In this document: in pieces, positions 34,025 through 43,535 of the stretch | How the letters are laid out: every line of letters starts with the position of its first letter | How positions within the stretch are numbered: the stretch's first letter is position 1 | DNA from: Spirochaetota bacterium | GTDB lineage: Bacteria > Spirochaetota > Spirochaetia > Treponematales > UBA12059 | Direction of reading: 5' to 3' | Assembly (NCBI GenBank): GCA_031402655.1 | Contig: JANNSO010000038.1 | Location: 17,260 to 81,259, forward strand | DNA: 64,000 bases | Notes under the pieces: model-generated | Seen by the model: only the letters and a program-made list of their open reading frames with translations | What the model was told of the DNA's origin: nothing | Databases searched by the model: none | Translations under genes and position numbers: made by a program

Positions 34025-35944
34025 TTATATTTTCTTTACCGGCTTGGGAAAGGTTACCGTAATAACCGCGCCGCCATCGCTGCTAAGGGATAGAGAGCCG
34101 CCAAGCTGCTCGGCAAGGGAGTTGATCAGTACCATCCCAAGGGATTTTTGCGATCCGCTCAATGCATCGGGAGGCAGTCCTACTCCATTATCCGCAACCC
34201 GCATGACGAGCTCGTCGCCTTGCTCCAAAAGGCTAAGTTCCAGCCTTCCGTCCGGCCTGTTCTTGAACGCGTGCTTCAAGGCATTGGTGGCGGCTTCCGA
34301 AAACAACAAGCCAACCGTAACCGCAATGTCGTTAGGCAGGCTCAGCGGGTCCGCCCGGGCTATCAGGCTGATCCTGGCGCTTCCCGGAATCATACCCGAA
34401 AGATTTTTCCCGAGGTCTATCATGTAATCCGCCATGTCCACGTTTTCCATGTCCTTGCCCCGGTAGAGGCGTGCGTGGATCATCGCGATGGCTTCCATGC
34501 GCTGTTCTATATCCCGCATCGCGAAGCGATCCGCATCGGTTTCCAGATGCGCGGATCGGAGGCGTATCAAGCTGCTTATTATCGCCAAGTTGTTTTTAAC
34601 CCTGTGGTGGATTTCCCGAACGAGCATTTCTTCCTTTGCGAGCGAAGCGCGCAAATCGTTGTCGATCAGCTTGCGCCCGGCTATTATGGTATTTGCGGAA
34701 GTAGCGATAGTGGAAAATTCGGACCACCTGAATTCAGCCTTCATGGGTTCAAGCGCCAAGGCGGATTTTTCGAATTCCCTCATAAACGCCTGCAGTGCCC
34801 TGCTTAGCCGCGTCGACATCATTATGGAAAAAACGCTTCCAATAATGGCTGCGGCAAGGGATACCAAGCCAATGCTGAATGTCCTTACCAGCATTTCCTT
34901 GCGGAATTTTTGGTTGCGATCCCTTATTTCCAAGTTGATTTCGTCGCTCCGAAACTCCGCCGCCAATACCCAACGCCAGGAAGGAATCCCAATGGCAAAC
35001 ACCGTGCGCACAGGCAGCGGTCCGGCATCGCCGATGGAGGCATTCGTCGTAGGCAGCTCAAAAAACCTGCCGGCAGGATTCGCTTCTATATCCTTGAGCA
35101 CTTGAGGATCCAGAATCGTGCTGCCGCGTTCTGCCGTGATGGGATTCTGCGCGCCGCCCTCCAGTATCTCTCCGTTCGAAAAAAGTAGCTTACCCTCGAA
35201 CGTTTGAGAATAAAGAAACGTATTCCCTTGGGAAAAACGCAAAGTAGCCAACCAGGTCAGCGTTTCCGCTCTGGTGGCGGCATCTATCTCGTCAATATAA
35301 TCGCCTGCGCCGATGTACCAATCGAAGGGCTCGAATAGCTTTACGAATGAAAGCTTGCGAAACCTGGCATCGCCGGATATCCCCGGTTTTTTCCAGTAGC
35401 CTTCGGTGAAACCCTCGCCCGATTCCTTGACAACGCGTATCTCGTCGCGAATTACATAGGTACCGGATTCGTCTTGCAGACCAAGGATGTTCTTTCCCTC
35501 GAATTCCGGGGCGATCGGATACAAAAGCTCCACGCCAACCAGGTCCACCACAAAAAAATACCCTCTCCCCTGATTGAAGCGGAGAGGTCTTAATGTTTCG
35601 AGTATTAGTTTTTTTACCTCGGAGGGCGGCATGGTGCCGCGTAGACGATCATAGAGAGCAGTGATTATGTCATGCGCCTGGCTAACCTCGGTTTGCAGAT
35701 GCGCGCGAAGCTGGCTATCCGCTTCCCGCGTACGAAGTGCCGCATAGGCGGCTGCCATGCCAACGAATTCTTCAATTGCATCCCGTCTTTCCGTTACGAA
35801 ACCGGCGCGAAAACTATACAACTCCTGGTTGAAGCTTGCATTGCGCGCGATATTCCAAATTGCGCCGATTAGCAGGGACGAACCCACGCTGGTAAGCAGC
35901 AACAGAATGAGTAGAGGGCGTGTCAAAGACGATGCTCTTTGCAT
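34025..35944 (-). CDS. Cache-domain sensor histidine kinase (HisKA_2/HATPase)
   Basis: 639 aa with an N-terminal TM helix. Cache-like motifs are GYFFVVDLVGVELLYP and DWYIGAGDY, followed by a second TM. The H-box is EIHHRVKNNLAIISSLIRL. The ATPase part includes FSEAATNALKHAF...VADNGVGLP. Confidence 0.85.
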   Translation of the reverse strand: MQRASSLTRPLLILLLLTSVGSSLLIGAIWNIARNASFNQELYSFRAGFVTERRDAIEEFVGMAAAYAALRTREADSQLRAHLQTEVSQAHDIITALYDRLRGTMPPSEVKKLILETLRPLRFNQGRGYFFVVDLVGVELLYPIAPEFEGKNILGLQDESGTYVIRDEIRVVKESGEGFTEGYWKKPGISGDARFRKLSFVKLFEPFDWYIGAGDYIDEIDAATRAETLTWLATLRFSQGNTFLYSQTFEGKLLFSNGEILEGGAQNPITAERGSTILDPQVLKDIEANPAGRFFELPTTNASIGDAGPLPVRTVFAIGIPSWRWVLAAEFRSDEINLEIRDRNQKFRKEMLVRTFSIGLVSLAAAIIGSVFSIMMSTRLSRALQAFMREFEKSALALEPMKAEFRWSEFSTIATSANTIIAGRKLIDNDLRASLAKEEMLVREIHHRVKNNLAIISSLIRLRSAHLETDADRFAMRDIEQRMEAIAMIHARLYRGKDMENVDMADYMIDLGKNLSGMIPGSARISLIARADPLSLPNDIAVTVGLLFSEAATNALKHAFKNRPDGRLELSLLEQGDELVMRVADNGVGLPPDALSGSQKSLGMVLINSLAEQLGGSLSLSSDGGAVITVTFPKPVKKI

Positions 35945-35982
35945 ACCCTAAGTATAGCGCGTATAAGCCGGGATGCAAGTAC

Positions 35983-36246
35983 CTACACAGCTAAAGCCTT
36001 CTCGAGCGCCAGAGCCAATTGATCGGGGCAGGAAGTTTCCTTATCACCGCAGTGGATTCCTTTTAAGCGCATCATCGCATCCTGCGGTTCCAGGCCGACT
36101 ATCAGCTTGGAAATGGCTATCAGGTTTCCCGAGCAGCCGCCCAGGAACTCCGCCTCCGTTATCCTGCCGTCCTTAATTACAATCCTAATGGATTCCGAAC
36201 ATGTTCCCTGAGTTTCATAGCGTATTTCTCTGTCTTTGACTTGCAT
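35983..36246 (-). CDS. TSCPD-domain small protein (TIGR03905-like)
   Basis: Start taken at the internal ATG 36246 (MQVKDREIRYETQGTCS...GGCSGNLIAISKL...HCGDKETSCPDQLALALEKA). It contains the eponymous TSCPD motif. Confidence 0.7.
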   Translation of the reverse strand: MQVKDREIRYETQGTCSESIRIVIKDGRITEAEFLGGCSGNLIAISKLIVGLEPQDAMMRLKGIHCGDKETSCPDQLALALEKALAV

Positions 36247-36449
36247 GACGCGAGTATACAGAATAGTAAATACTTGATGCAACACAAGAGCAAAAAAATA
36301 TGATGGTTTTCCTAGTCTATCCTGGGAAATTGTAGTACTCTTATAGAGAACCGAGAATTTTCTAATAGAGAGAAGGCGCCGTAGGTCTGCAATTATTTTT
36401 TTAAATTAATTTAATTCCATACCACGGGTAAATTTATCTCATACCAGGA

Positions 36450-36553
36450 GAGCTCTAAAAACTGCAGTTCTTAAGAGCTCAACCATTAAAAAACCTGATT
36501 CCTGTAAGGAATCAGAACGGAAGCTCTGATACCCAACAGGGTTATTGGAGCTT
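36450..36553 (+). repeat. ~104-nt three-hairpin repeat element, copy B
   Basis: Hairpins lie at 36450-36480 (GAGCTCT...AGAGCTC), 36495-36515 (CTGATTCC...GGAATCAG) and 36526-36548, the last enclosed by AAGCTC/GAGCTT (36521-26 / 36548-53). The element ends 28 nt before the ATG of the lipoprotein gene at 36582. Confidence 0.75.
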
Positions 36554-36581
36554 ACCGCAAATCTCAAACAGGAGGATTTAA

Positions 36582-37703
36582 ATGACTTTTGGAAGGATCA
36601 TGATTCTGGCCGGGGCTTTGCTTATGCTTGCATCCGCATGTGTATCAAAACCCCCGGTAAAACCCGATACAAGTGCTCCAGTGGTCGTTACCGATCCGGC
36701 GCCGCCTACAAGTCCGACTAGCGTTGTACCGGCATCTATCAGCAAGGCAGATTTAACGGTTTTACACGATAGAGTTTTGGGTTTGAGAAAACAAGCCTTC
36801 GATCTGGGTGCAAAAGAACTTGCGGCGGAAGAGTTTAACTCAGCCGACACGCATTATATAGAAGGAAAAACCGCATTTGATGCCGATAAAATCGATTCGG
36901 CAAAAATCTCCTTCGAAACGGCGGAACCTTTATTTAAGGTTCTTATAGCCAAAACCCAGAAACTTGTGGCAGAAAATAGGCGCACCGATGCCGATTCAGC
37001 CCGCCTGCGGGCAGAGAATTCCGGTGCTCCCGAGTTTTCTGCAGACGTTTTGGCCCTGGCGGATCAAGCGTACGCGGATGGCCTGAAAGCCTACTCAGCC
37101 GGAGATAACCAACAGGCTGCCGAAGCCTTCGCTCGTGCGCTAGCCCTGTTTGACGGCGCGGAAAAACGCGCTCGTGCAGTGCTTTCAAAAAACCGTATCG
37201 ATGAGCTTGGATACGCCTCATATGATACTGGCAATTACCAGATCGCCGGCGAAAAGCTTGCAAGTGCGGACGAAAAATTTGCCACAGATCCTTTAGCTGC
37301 CGTAGACTTGACTGAAGAGGCACTGCTTCGCTTCAACCTGGTACTTTCCAAAGGCTGGGAATTGTCCGCTGGAGACAATAAGGTTAAAGCCGCCGGATTC
37401 AAGACGAAGTCGGACGAAATAAAGGCTTCCGTTGCGGTCAAGAATGACTATGTGCAAGCCCAGCTTGTTTGGGACGCAGCCGGAGAAGCATTTGAAAAAT
37501 CCGAGTTTGAATACTCATTTGAACTTTTCGCAAAAGCTGAGGCTTTATTTTCCGATGTTTATACCCTCGCCGCGGCAAAGCGAGCCAATGCCCAGGCCGC
37601 CATGACGGCAGCCGCAGCCAAACGGGAACAAAGCACCGGTCTCATTACCCAGGGGCAAAACACCCTGGATAATCCGGATGCAAACAAGAAAGCGGGAGAG
37701 TAA
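36582..37703 (+). CDS. Lipoprotein with tandem helical (DUF4398-like) repeats
   Basis: RBS AGGAGG lies upstream and the lipobox is LMLASAC. There are four to five ~60-aa Ala/Glu-rich repeats ending in ...A(E/L)ALF. Confidence 0.65.
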   Translation: MTFGRIMILAGALLMLASACVSKPPVKPDTSAPVVVTDPAPPTSPTSVVPASISKADLTVLHDRVLGLRKQAFDLGAKELAAEEFNSADTHYIEGKTAFDADKIDSAKISFETAEPLFKVLIAKTQKLVAENRRTDADSARLRAENSGAPEFSADVLALADQAYADGLKAYSAGDNQQAAEAFARALALFDGAEKRARAVLSKNRIDELGYASYDTGNYQIAGEKLASADEKFATDPLAAVDLTEEALLRFNLVLSKGWELSAGDNKVKAAGFKTKSDEIKASVAVKNDYVQAQLVWDAAGEAFEKSEFEYSFELFAKAEALFSDVYTLAAAKRANAQAAMTAAAAKREQSTGLITQGQNTLDNPDANKKAGE

Positions 37704-37708
37704 CGACC

Positions 37709-38404
37709 ATGAAGAAGACACTTATAAGCTTCATCGCTGCCGTTTTATTCGCCGCAGCCCTTTCGGCGCAAAACCTGGCAGAAAATGAATTTTACCTAAA
37801 GAGTTTGGATCTCGAAACACAGGCGGCCGAGGCATTCGACACTGGAGACTACGACGGCGCCGCCGATTACGCGGCTCAAGCCGGGGAATATGCCGATATG
37901 TCCGATGCATACGTGGCCAAAATGCTTGCCCTGCGGGCTGCCGAGATGGCTATTGGCACTGCACAGGATCGATTCGATTGGGCTACGGCACTCGCCGCGG
38001 AACGACGCTTTCCCGACAAGTACGCGGCCGCCGGCACGGAACTGACTCTTGCAAAAGAAAGCTTTGCGGCGGAAAATTTTCAGACAGCGCGGGAGCATGC
38101 CGAATTGGTTTTACCCTGGCTTGAGGGAGTCAAGGAAGAAGCCGTATTCCCTGCCCAGTACACCGTAAAATCCCTCGATTTGGATACCGACTGCCTCTGG
38201 CGAATTGCCGCCCAGCCCTTTGTCTACAACGATGGGCTTAAGTGGCCGCTGCTGTTCAAGGCAAACAGCAGCAAGCTTCAGGATCCCGGCAACGCGGATC
38301 TGATACAGCCGGGGATTATTCTGTCCATTCCACCAATCGCAGGGGAAAGACGAGTCGGCCTTTATGATCCCGCGAAAAAGTACCCGGTATTTTCCGCCAA
38401 ATAA
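37709..38404 (+). CDS. LysM-domain secreted protein
   Basis: Signal peptide MKKTLISFIAAVLFAAALSA. C-terminal LysM motif: YTVKSLDLDTDCLWRIAAQPFVYNDGLKWPLLFKANSSKLQDPGNADLIQPGIILSIP. Confidence 0.75.
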   Translation: MKKTLISFIAAVLFAAALSAQNLAENEFYLKSLDLETQAAEAFDTGDYDGAADYAAQAGEYADMSDAYVAKMLALRAAEMAIGTAQDRFDWATALAAERRFPDKYAAAGTELTLAKESFAAENFQTAREHAELVLPWLEGVKEEAVFPAQYTVKSLDLDTDCLWRIAAQPFVYNDGLKWPLLFKANSSKLQDPGNADLIQPGIILSIPPIAGERRVGLYDPAKKYPVFSAK

Positions 38405-38419
38405 CCGCTTTTCAGAATC

Positions 38420-38455
38420 AAAAAAAAGGCCGCCCGCATGGGCGGCCTTTTTTAT
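38420..38455. terminator. Bidirectional intrinsic terminator between convergent genes
   Basis: AAAAAAAA, then GGCCGCCC (38428-35), loop GCAT, GGGCGGCC (38440-47), then TTTTTTATT. The T-run overlaps the stop of the minus-strand aminopeptidase gene. Confidence 0.85.
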
Positions 38456-39762
38456 TCAGCCAATAGCGGTCCAGCCGAATATGCCGCCGACAGCAAAGCC
38501 GTCATGGCATCGTGATCGCGTACACCGGCGGTTTCACGAACGGAGTGCATGGCCAGCATGGGAACTCCAATGTCTATCGTGCGCACGCCAAGCAGAGCCG
38601 AGTTTGTAGGCCCTATCGTGGAACCCGGAACAAGGTCGGAGCGCATGCGGAAGCGCTGGCAGGGAATATTCTCTTTTGCGCAGAGCGACAGAATGGCCGC
38701 CTCGCCGCGAGCCTCGGTAGCATAGCGCACATTCGCGTTGCCTTTTATCGCCAAACCCTTATTAAGCAGTGGAGCGAAATCCTCGTCAAACATGTCCGCA
38801 TACGAGGGATGCCAGGCTTGAGCGCCGTCTACCGAGATGCACAGCGAGCGGGCAAAGGCGCGGAACGAATCCTCCTCGCTGCCGCCATAGAAAAACGATA
38901 TGCGCGTAAGCACATCCCGAAGAAAGCAGGAATTAGCGCCGCGGGGACTTGTGGAGCCTATCTCCTCGTTGTCGAACAGCGCGGCCACCTGGGTGTGCAC
39001 CGAGGCTTTTGCCTGGCATAGCGCGCTTATTATAGCATGGCAGCCTTCCAGGTTGTCGATGCGGGGGGCATTGATTATCTCCGCATGCTCGCCAAACACA
39101 AGTGGTGGAGCCGAGTCTACGAAACTAAGCTCGCCGGAGACTATCGCAGCCGGGTCCACGGACAGTTCGGCCGACAGAGTCCTAAGAATCCAGGAACCCT
39201 GCGGAATTTCCGACGAGCCATGGGAGGACACCAGGGGCATCATCGCGCTATGCATGGGGTATTCGATGCCTTTGTTCATTTCGCGGTTAAAATGAATCGC
39301 CAGGTTCGGAATAACGGCAACAGGCCTGGCAAGATTCACGAGCTGGCAGGAAAGAGCCCCGTCCTTGCCGCGCACTATTACCCGGCCGGCAAGGGACAGT
39401 GGCCGGTCCAGCCAGGTGGAATTGATGGGACCTCCATAGGGTTCGACCGCCACGCGTTCCATGCCGCGCGATGCCACCTTTTTCTCGATGCGCGCGCGAA
39501 GACCCGGAGAATCCGTATGGGCGCCTGCAAGCAGGAAGCCGGATTCCGCCGCCGCGTTGCGGCCCAGTCGAAACGACACGATGCTTGCATCGTCGCGGAC
39601 AACGTAGTAAAGGCAGCCCCGTTCCAATTTCCAGGAATTGCGCTCGTCCAGGGCTTTTGCACCCGCAGCCTTGAGCAGGGCGATGGATGAAGCCACTGCG
39701 TGAAAAGCGCTCGGCGAAGCGTCTATAAAATCGCAAAGTTCGCGTATAGTGTTGTTAGGCAT
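38452..39762 (-). CDS. M18-family (aspartyl) aminopeptidase
   Basis: Start taken at ATG 39762, preceded by GAGGAG (MPNNTIRELCDFIDASPSAFHAV...). It has the GAHTDSPGLR motif and an M18-like length (436 aa). Confidence 0.85.
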   Translation of the reverse strand: MPNNTIRELCDFIDASPSAFHAVASSIALLKAAGAKALDERNSWKLERGCLYYVVRDDASIVSFRLGRNAAAESGFLLAGAHTDSPGLRARIEKKVASRGMERVAVEPYGGPINSTWLDRPLSLAGRVIVRGKDGALSCQLVNLARPVAVIPNLAIHFNREMNKGIEYPMHSAMMPLVSSHGSSEIPQGSWILRTLSAELSVDPAAIVSGELSFVDSAPPLVFGEHAEIINAPRIDNLEGCHAIISALCQAKASVHTQVAALFDNEEIGSTSPRGANSCFLRDVLTRISFFYGGSEEDSFRAFARSLCISVDGAQAWHPSYADMFDEDFAPLLNKGLAIKGNANVRYATEARGEAAILSLCAKENIPCQRFRMRSDLVPGSTIGPTNSALLGVRTIDIGVPMLAMHSVRETAGVRDHDAMTALLSAAYSAGPLLAE

Positions 39763-39832
39763 GAATAACTCCTCGAGGCAAACAGTATACACGAGGACTT
39801 TATTTTGCGCCACCGGGAGGCCCGGCATAAGG

Positions 39833-40228
39833 TTATGAATTATTAAGTTTCACTGTTGAATCCGCCGCAAGCAGTTCCGTAGCCCGCCGCTGAAGGCGGC
39901 CGCTGGAAAAATAAGCCTGTATCAGGCCAACTCGCGCCTCCGTAAGGGTGGCGGAAATTTCGGCCCTGCTTCCCGCACCCGAGCCGCCGCGCTCGGCAAG
40001 CAGGATAGCCAGTACCGAACCCAGGCCCAGCCCGCGATCCCGCACCAAATGCCGCACCCGCAGCAGCAAGGCCACGTCGGCGCAGCTGTACTGCCTGCGG
40101 CCAAAACTGCGAGCGGGCGACAGAATGGGCAGTGCGCGCTCCCAGTATCGGAGCACATGCTCGCCTACTCCCAGGAGCCGCTGCACTTCGCCGCTTAGGT
40201 ATGGTCCGCTCATGCCGGAGGCGCTCAT
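39833..40228 (-). CDS. MerR-family HTH protein
   Basis: YLSGEVQRLLGVGEHVLRYWERALPILSPARSFGRRQYSCADVALLLRVRHL is a MerR-type winged HTH. The ATG at 40228 overlaps the der stop (ATGA). An alternative ATG at 40213 was created by a 15-bp tandem duplication. Confidence 0.65.
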   Translation of the reverse strand: MSASGMSGPYLSGEVQRLLGVGEHVLRYWERALPILSPARSFGRRQYSCADVALLLRVRHLVRDRGLGLGSVLAILLAERGGSGAGSRAEISATLTEARVGLIQAYFSSGRLQRRATELLAADSTVKLNNS

Positions 40229-41658
40229 GCCGGAGGCGGGGCAGACTTCTTTTCCAGATCCTCGAACTGCTTCCGCGACGCCTTGAGCTCGAGCTCCACG
40301 GGCACCAGGGTAAAGCCCAAATCCGAGCGTATCTTGTTCTTGAGGAACGAGCAATAGGTATCGTTTACCGACTCCGGTTTCGTGACGAACAGGGTAAATT
40401 TAATGGGGTTGATACCGGTTTGTACCGCGTATCTCAGCTTGAAGCGCGAACCGCGGCTGGCGGGCGCGGGATTGGAGTCCATCCATTCGCGTATGGCCAT
40501 GTTCAGCTTGGAGGTTTCCACCTTGCGCATAAGCTGGTCAAACACGTTAACCGCGGTGTCGAGGAGCTTGTCCACGCCCTCGTTTTTCATGGCCGCCAAG
40601 GGCAGGACGGGCGCGTAGGCCATCTGCCCGAAGAAATAGCGCAGCTTGTCGCGCGCCGCCTCGAAGGTATTCTTGATACCCGGCATCTGGTCCCACTTGT
40701 TAAGCGCAAACACGATGCCGCGCCCCTTGTCGGTGGCCAGCTTCACAATCTTCTTGTCCTGCTCGGAAAGGCCTTCCACGGCGTCTATCATCAGTATTAC
40801 CACGTCGGCGCGGTCGATGGTCTTGATGGCGCGGTTCACGGAGTAGTATTCCACGTTTTCTGTTACTTTTCCTTTACGCCTTATTCCGGCGGTATCCAGC
40901 ACGGTAAACTGCCTGCCCTTGCGCTCGAAATGGCCTTCCACCACGTCGCGCGTGGTGCCCGGCATGTCGCTTACTATGGACTTGTCCTCGCCCAGGATGC
41001 TGTTCAGCAAAGTGGACTTGCCTACGTTGGGCTTGCCCATGATCGCAATACGAACGTCGGTATGCTCGTCGGTAAAGGACTCGACCTTGGACCAGTCCAG
41101 GCGAGAGACTATAAGTTCCTCAAGCTCGCCGATATTGCGGCCATGCTCCGCAGACACGAAGATCATATCTTTATAACCCCAGCTGGCGTGGTTCCAGGCG
41201 TTGGCGTCGCGCTCGGGGCTGTCCGCCTTGTTTACCACCAGTACGGTCTTGTCCGCATACTTGCGCAGTATCTGGGCAAACTCCTGGTCCTCGGGCGTAA
41301 TGTTGACGGCGTCCACGAGAAACAGCACAAGGTCGGCGGCCGCTATGCGCTCCCAGGCTTTCTTGGCCACGAGCTCGTCCATGGCGTCGCGCTCCAGCTT
41401 GAGCCCGCCCGTGTCCACGAGTATCGCGGGCATGTCCGAATAAGAGGGCATCCACTGGGCGTCGATGGGGTCGCGCGTAACGCCGGGAGTCGGATCCACG
41501 ATGGCGCGACGGCTATGGAGCATCCGGTTGAACAGGGTCGACTTGCCCGCATTGGGCCGGCCGGCTATGGCCACTACCGGCAGGTTTCTCCAGCTCGTAG
41601 GCAGGGAAATTTCTTCGTTTTCGTTATCATCGTTTTCGCGTATGCGCTTCTTCATCAT
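40225..41658 (-). CDS. der: Ribosome-associated GTPase Der (EngA)
   Basis: 477 aa with two tandem G domains (GRPNAGKSTLFN...DTGG and GKPNVGKSTLLN...DTAG) and a C-terminal KH-like domain. Confidence 0.95.
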   Translation of the reverse strand: MMKKRIRENDDNENEEISLPTSWRNLPVVAIAGRPNAGKSTLFNRMLHSRRAIVDPTPGVTRDPIDAQWMPSYSDMPAILVDTGGLKLERDAMDELVAKKAWERIAAADLVLFLVDAVNITPEDQEFAQILRKYADKTVLVVNKADSPERDANAWNHASWGYKDMIFVSAEHGRNIGELEELIVSRLDWSKVESFTDEHTDVRIAIMGKPNVGKSTLLNSILGEDKSIVSDMPGTTRDVVEGHFERKGRQFTVLDTAGIRRKGKVTENVEYYSVNRAIKTIDRADVVILMIDAVEGLSEQDKKIVKLATDKGRGIVFALNKWDQMPGIKNTFEAARDKLRYFFGQMAYAPVLPLAAMKNEGVDKLLDTAVNVFDQLMRKVETSKLNMAIREWMDSNPAPASRGSRFKLRYAVQTGINPIKFTLFVTKPESVNDTYCSFLKNKIRSDLGFTLVPVELELKASRKQFEDLEKKSAPPPA

Positions 41659-41723
41659 GCTTCCTTAGATTCGGGAAATAGGTTTTGGTGCGGTACCGGC
41701 ATGATAAAATCACCCGGTCGGTT

Positions 41724-43469
41724 TTACAGTCCCTGCGCCGGAATGAGTACGGCAAGCTGCTCGCGCAGGTACGCGTCGATTGCCCGGTGCGATCCGAGCG
41801 ACATGGCTTTTTCGGCTATGTTCTGCGCCTCGGAATAATCCACCGAGCGCAGTATGCGCTTGATGGAGGGAATGGCGGACGCGGACATGGAATACTCGTC
41901 CAGGCCAAGGCCCAAAAGCACAACTGCGGCAGCGGGGTCGCTTGCCATCTCTCCGCACATGGAAACGCTTATGCCGGCCTTGTGTCCCTCGTCGATTACT
42001 TTCTTTATGAGGCGCAGCACCGCCGGATGGAAAGGCTCATGAAGGTAGGCGACTCGCTCGTTTCCGCGGTCGACGGCTATAGTATACTGTATAAGGTCAT
42101 TCGTTCCTATGGAGAAAAAATCCACCTTGGGCGCGAGCAGGTCGGCTATCATGGCTGCGCTGGGAATCTCTATCATGATGCCTACGGGAATGTCACCCCG
42201 GAACGGGATGCCCATGCGCGCGCAGTCGGTTTTCGCCTTGTCCAGCGCTACAAGCGCGGCGTCCAGTTCGTCGGGTCCCGATATCATGGGAAACATGATG
42301 CGCGCGTCACCATGAGCCGAGGCGCGAAGTATGGCACGCAGCTGGTTTTGGAACATTTCGGAATCCGACAGGCAATAGCGTATGGCACGCCAGCCCAGCA
42401 GAGGGTTTTTCTCGGCTACCATCGCCAAATCGGGTACAACCTTATCGCCACCGACGTCCAGGGTTCTGATGGTTACCGGTTTGCCATCCATATCCTTGAG
42501 CACGCGCCTGTACGCATGATACTGATCTTCCTCCGATGGAGCCCTGCCAGGCTGCAGAAAAAGAAATTCCGACCGAAACAGCCCGACGCCTGCCGCACCG
42601 TAGCGCAGGACGGCAGCGGTCTCCTCGGGAACCTCTATGTTTGCCTTAAGCACCAGTACACGGCCATCTTTAGTGGCCGCGGGGAGGCTCTGCAATGATT
42701 CCAGATCCTGTTCCCTGGCAAGCAGTTGCAGACGCATGGATTCAAAGCGCGTCTGGGTATTGGCGTCGGGCGAGATTATTACCTCTCCGGATTGGCCGTT
42801 TACAATAATCGTCTCATCATTCTTTATAGTGCGCAGCGCCGCTCCGACACCCAAAACGGAGGGAATCTCGAAAGCCCTCGCTAATATAGCGGTGTGGCTT
42901 GTTTTTCCGCCCGCCCCCATGACAATTGCCTTGACGCAGCTGCGATTCATGGAAATCATGTCCGAAGGCAGCAGATTGTGCGCAACGAGCACCACGTCAC
43001 AATTTATGTCTACAAGCGAAAAGCGCTCGCGGAACATAAGATGGTTAAGGATACGGTGGGTAATGTCGTGAACGTCCGAGGAACGCTCCTGAAGAATGGG
43101 GTCGTTGAGCCCCTCGAGCTGCTTTACGATAGCCGTAGAATACTGGTGCACTATCCATTCTATGTTGATTCGCTGAACCGTCAATGCGTTTTCCAGGGAA
43201 TCCAGCAGTTCAGGATCCTCGAGCATAAGCAGGTGCGCGTCAAAAATCGCGCCGTGTTCCTTGCCCATTTCGCGCAAAGCCCGATCGCGGAGAAGCGTAA
43301 TATCCGCCCTGGCGTGTCCAAGCGCTACCTTAAATCGCTTCCATTCGTCATCTACCTCGTTTGCGGCGACGGCATAGCGAGGAATAGTTGGATCTTCTTC
43401 GTCGAGGAACACAAAAGCCTTGGCTATTGCTATGCCCGGCGATACAGGAATGCCCTGAATCGTTCTCAT
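41724..43469 (-). CDS. ptsI: Phosphoenolpyruvate--protein phosphotransferase (PTS enzyme I)
   Basis: MRTIQGIPVSPGIAIAKAFV at the N-terminus, the phosphohistidine region GGKTSHTAILARAFEIPSV, and a C-terminal PEP-utilising domain (IGTNDLIQYT). The start is uncertain among the Met codons at 43505, 43478 and 43469. Confidence 0.9.
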   Translation of the reverse strand: MRTIQGIPVSPGIAIAKAFVFLDEEDPTIPRYAVAANEVDDEWKRFKVALGHARADITLLRDRALREMGKEHGAIFDAHLLMLEDPELLDSLENALTVQRINIEWIVHQYSTAIVKQLEGLNDPILQERSSDVHDITHRILNHLMFRERFSLVDINCDVVLVAHNLLPSDMISMNRSCVKAIVMGAGGKTSHTAILARAFEIPSVLGVGAALRTIKNDETIIVNGQSGEVIISPDANTQTRFESMRLQLLAREQDLESLQSLPAATKDGRVLVLKANIEVPEETAAVLRYGAAGVGLFRSEFLFLQPGRAPSEEDQYHAYRRVLKDMDGKPVTIRTLDVGGDKVVPDLAMVAEKNPLLGWRAIRYCLSDSEMFQNQLRAILRASAHGDARIMFPMISGPDELDAALVALDKAKTDCARMGIPFRGDIPVGIMIEIPSAAMIADLLAPKVDFFSIGTNDLIQYTIAVDRGNERVAYLHEPFHPAVLRLIKKVIDEGHKAGISVSMCGEMASDPAAAVVLLGLGLDEYSMSASAIPSIKRILRSVDYSEAQNIAEKAMSLGSHRAIDAYLREQLAVLIPAQGL

Positions 43470-43535
43470 CGCTAGCATGGTAGCCGAAAAGCGGGTTGCT
43501 GTCAAATAATGTTGTATGGAAAAGCCGGCTTACGT

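Noticed and set aside
33258-35105. ORFs 33258..33995 (minus) and 34148..34807 / 34488..35105 (plus)
   Set aside because: They are antisense to ileS and to the sensor kinase respectively and have no recognisable domains.
40132-42698. Long plus-strand ORFs 40132..41838 (568 aa) and 41685..42698 (337 aa)
   Set aside because: They lie antisense to der and ptsI, both of which have textbook motifs. The translations are Arg/Gly/His-rich and featureless.
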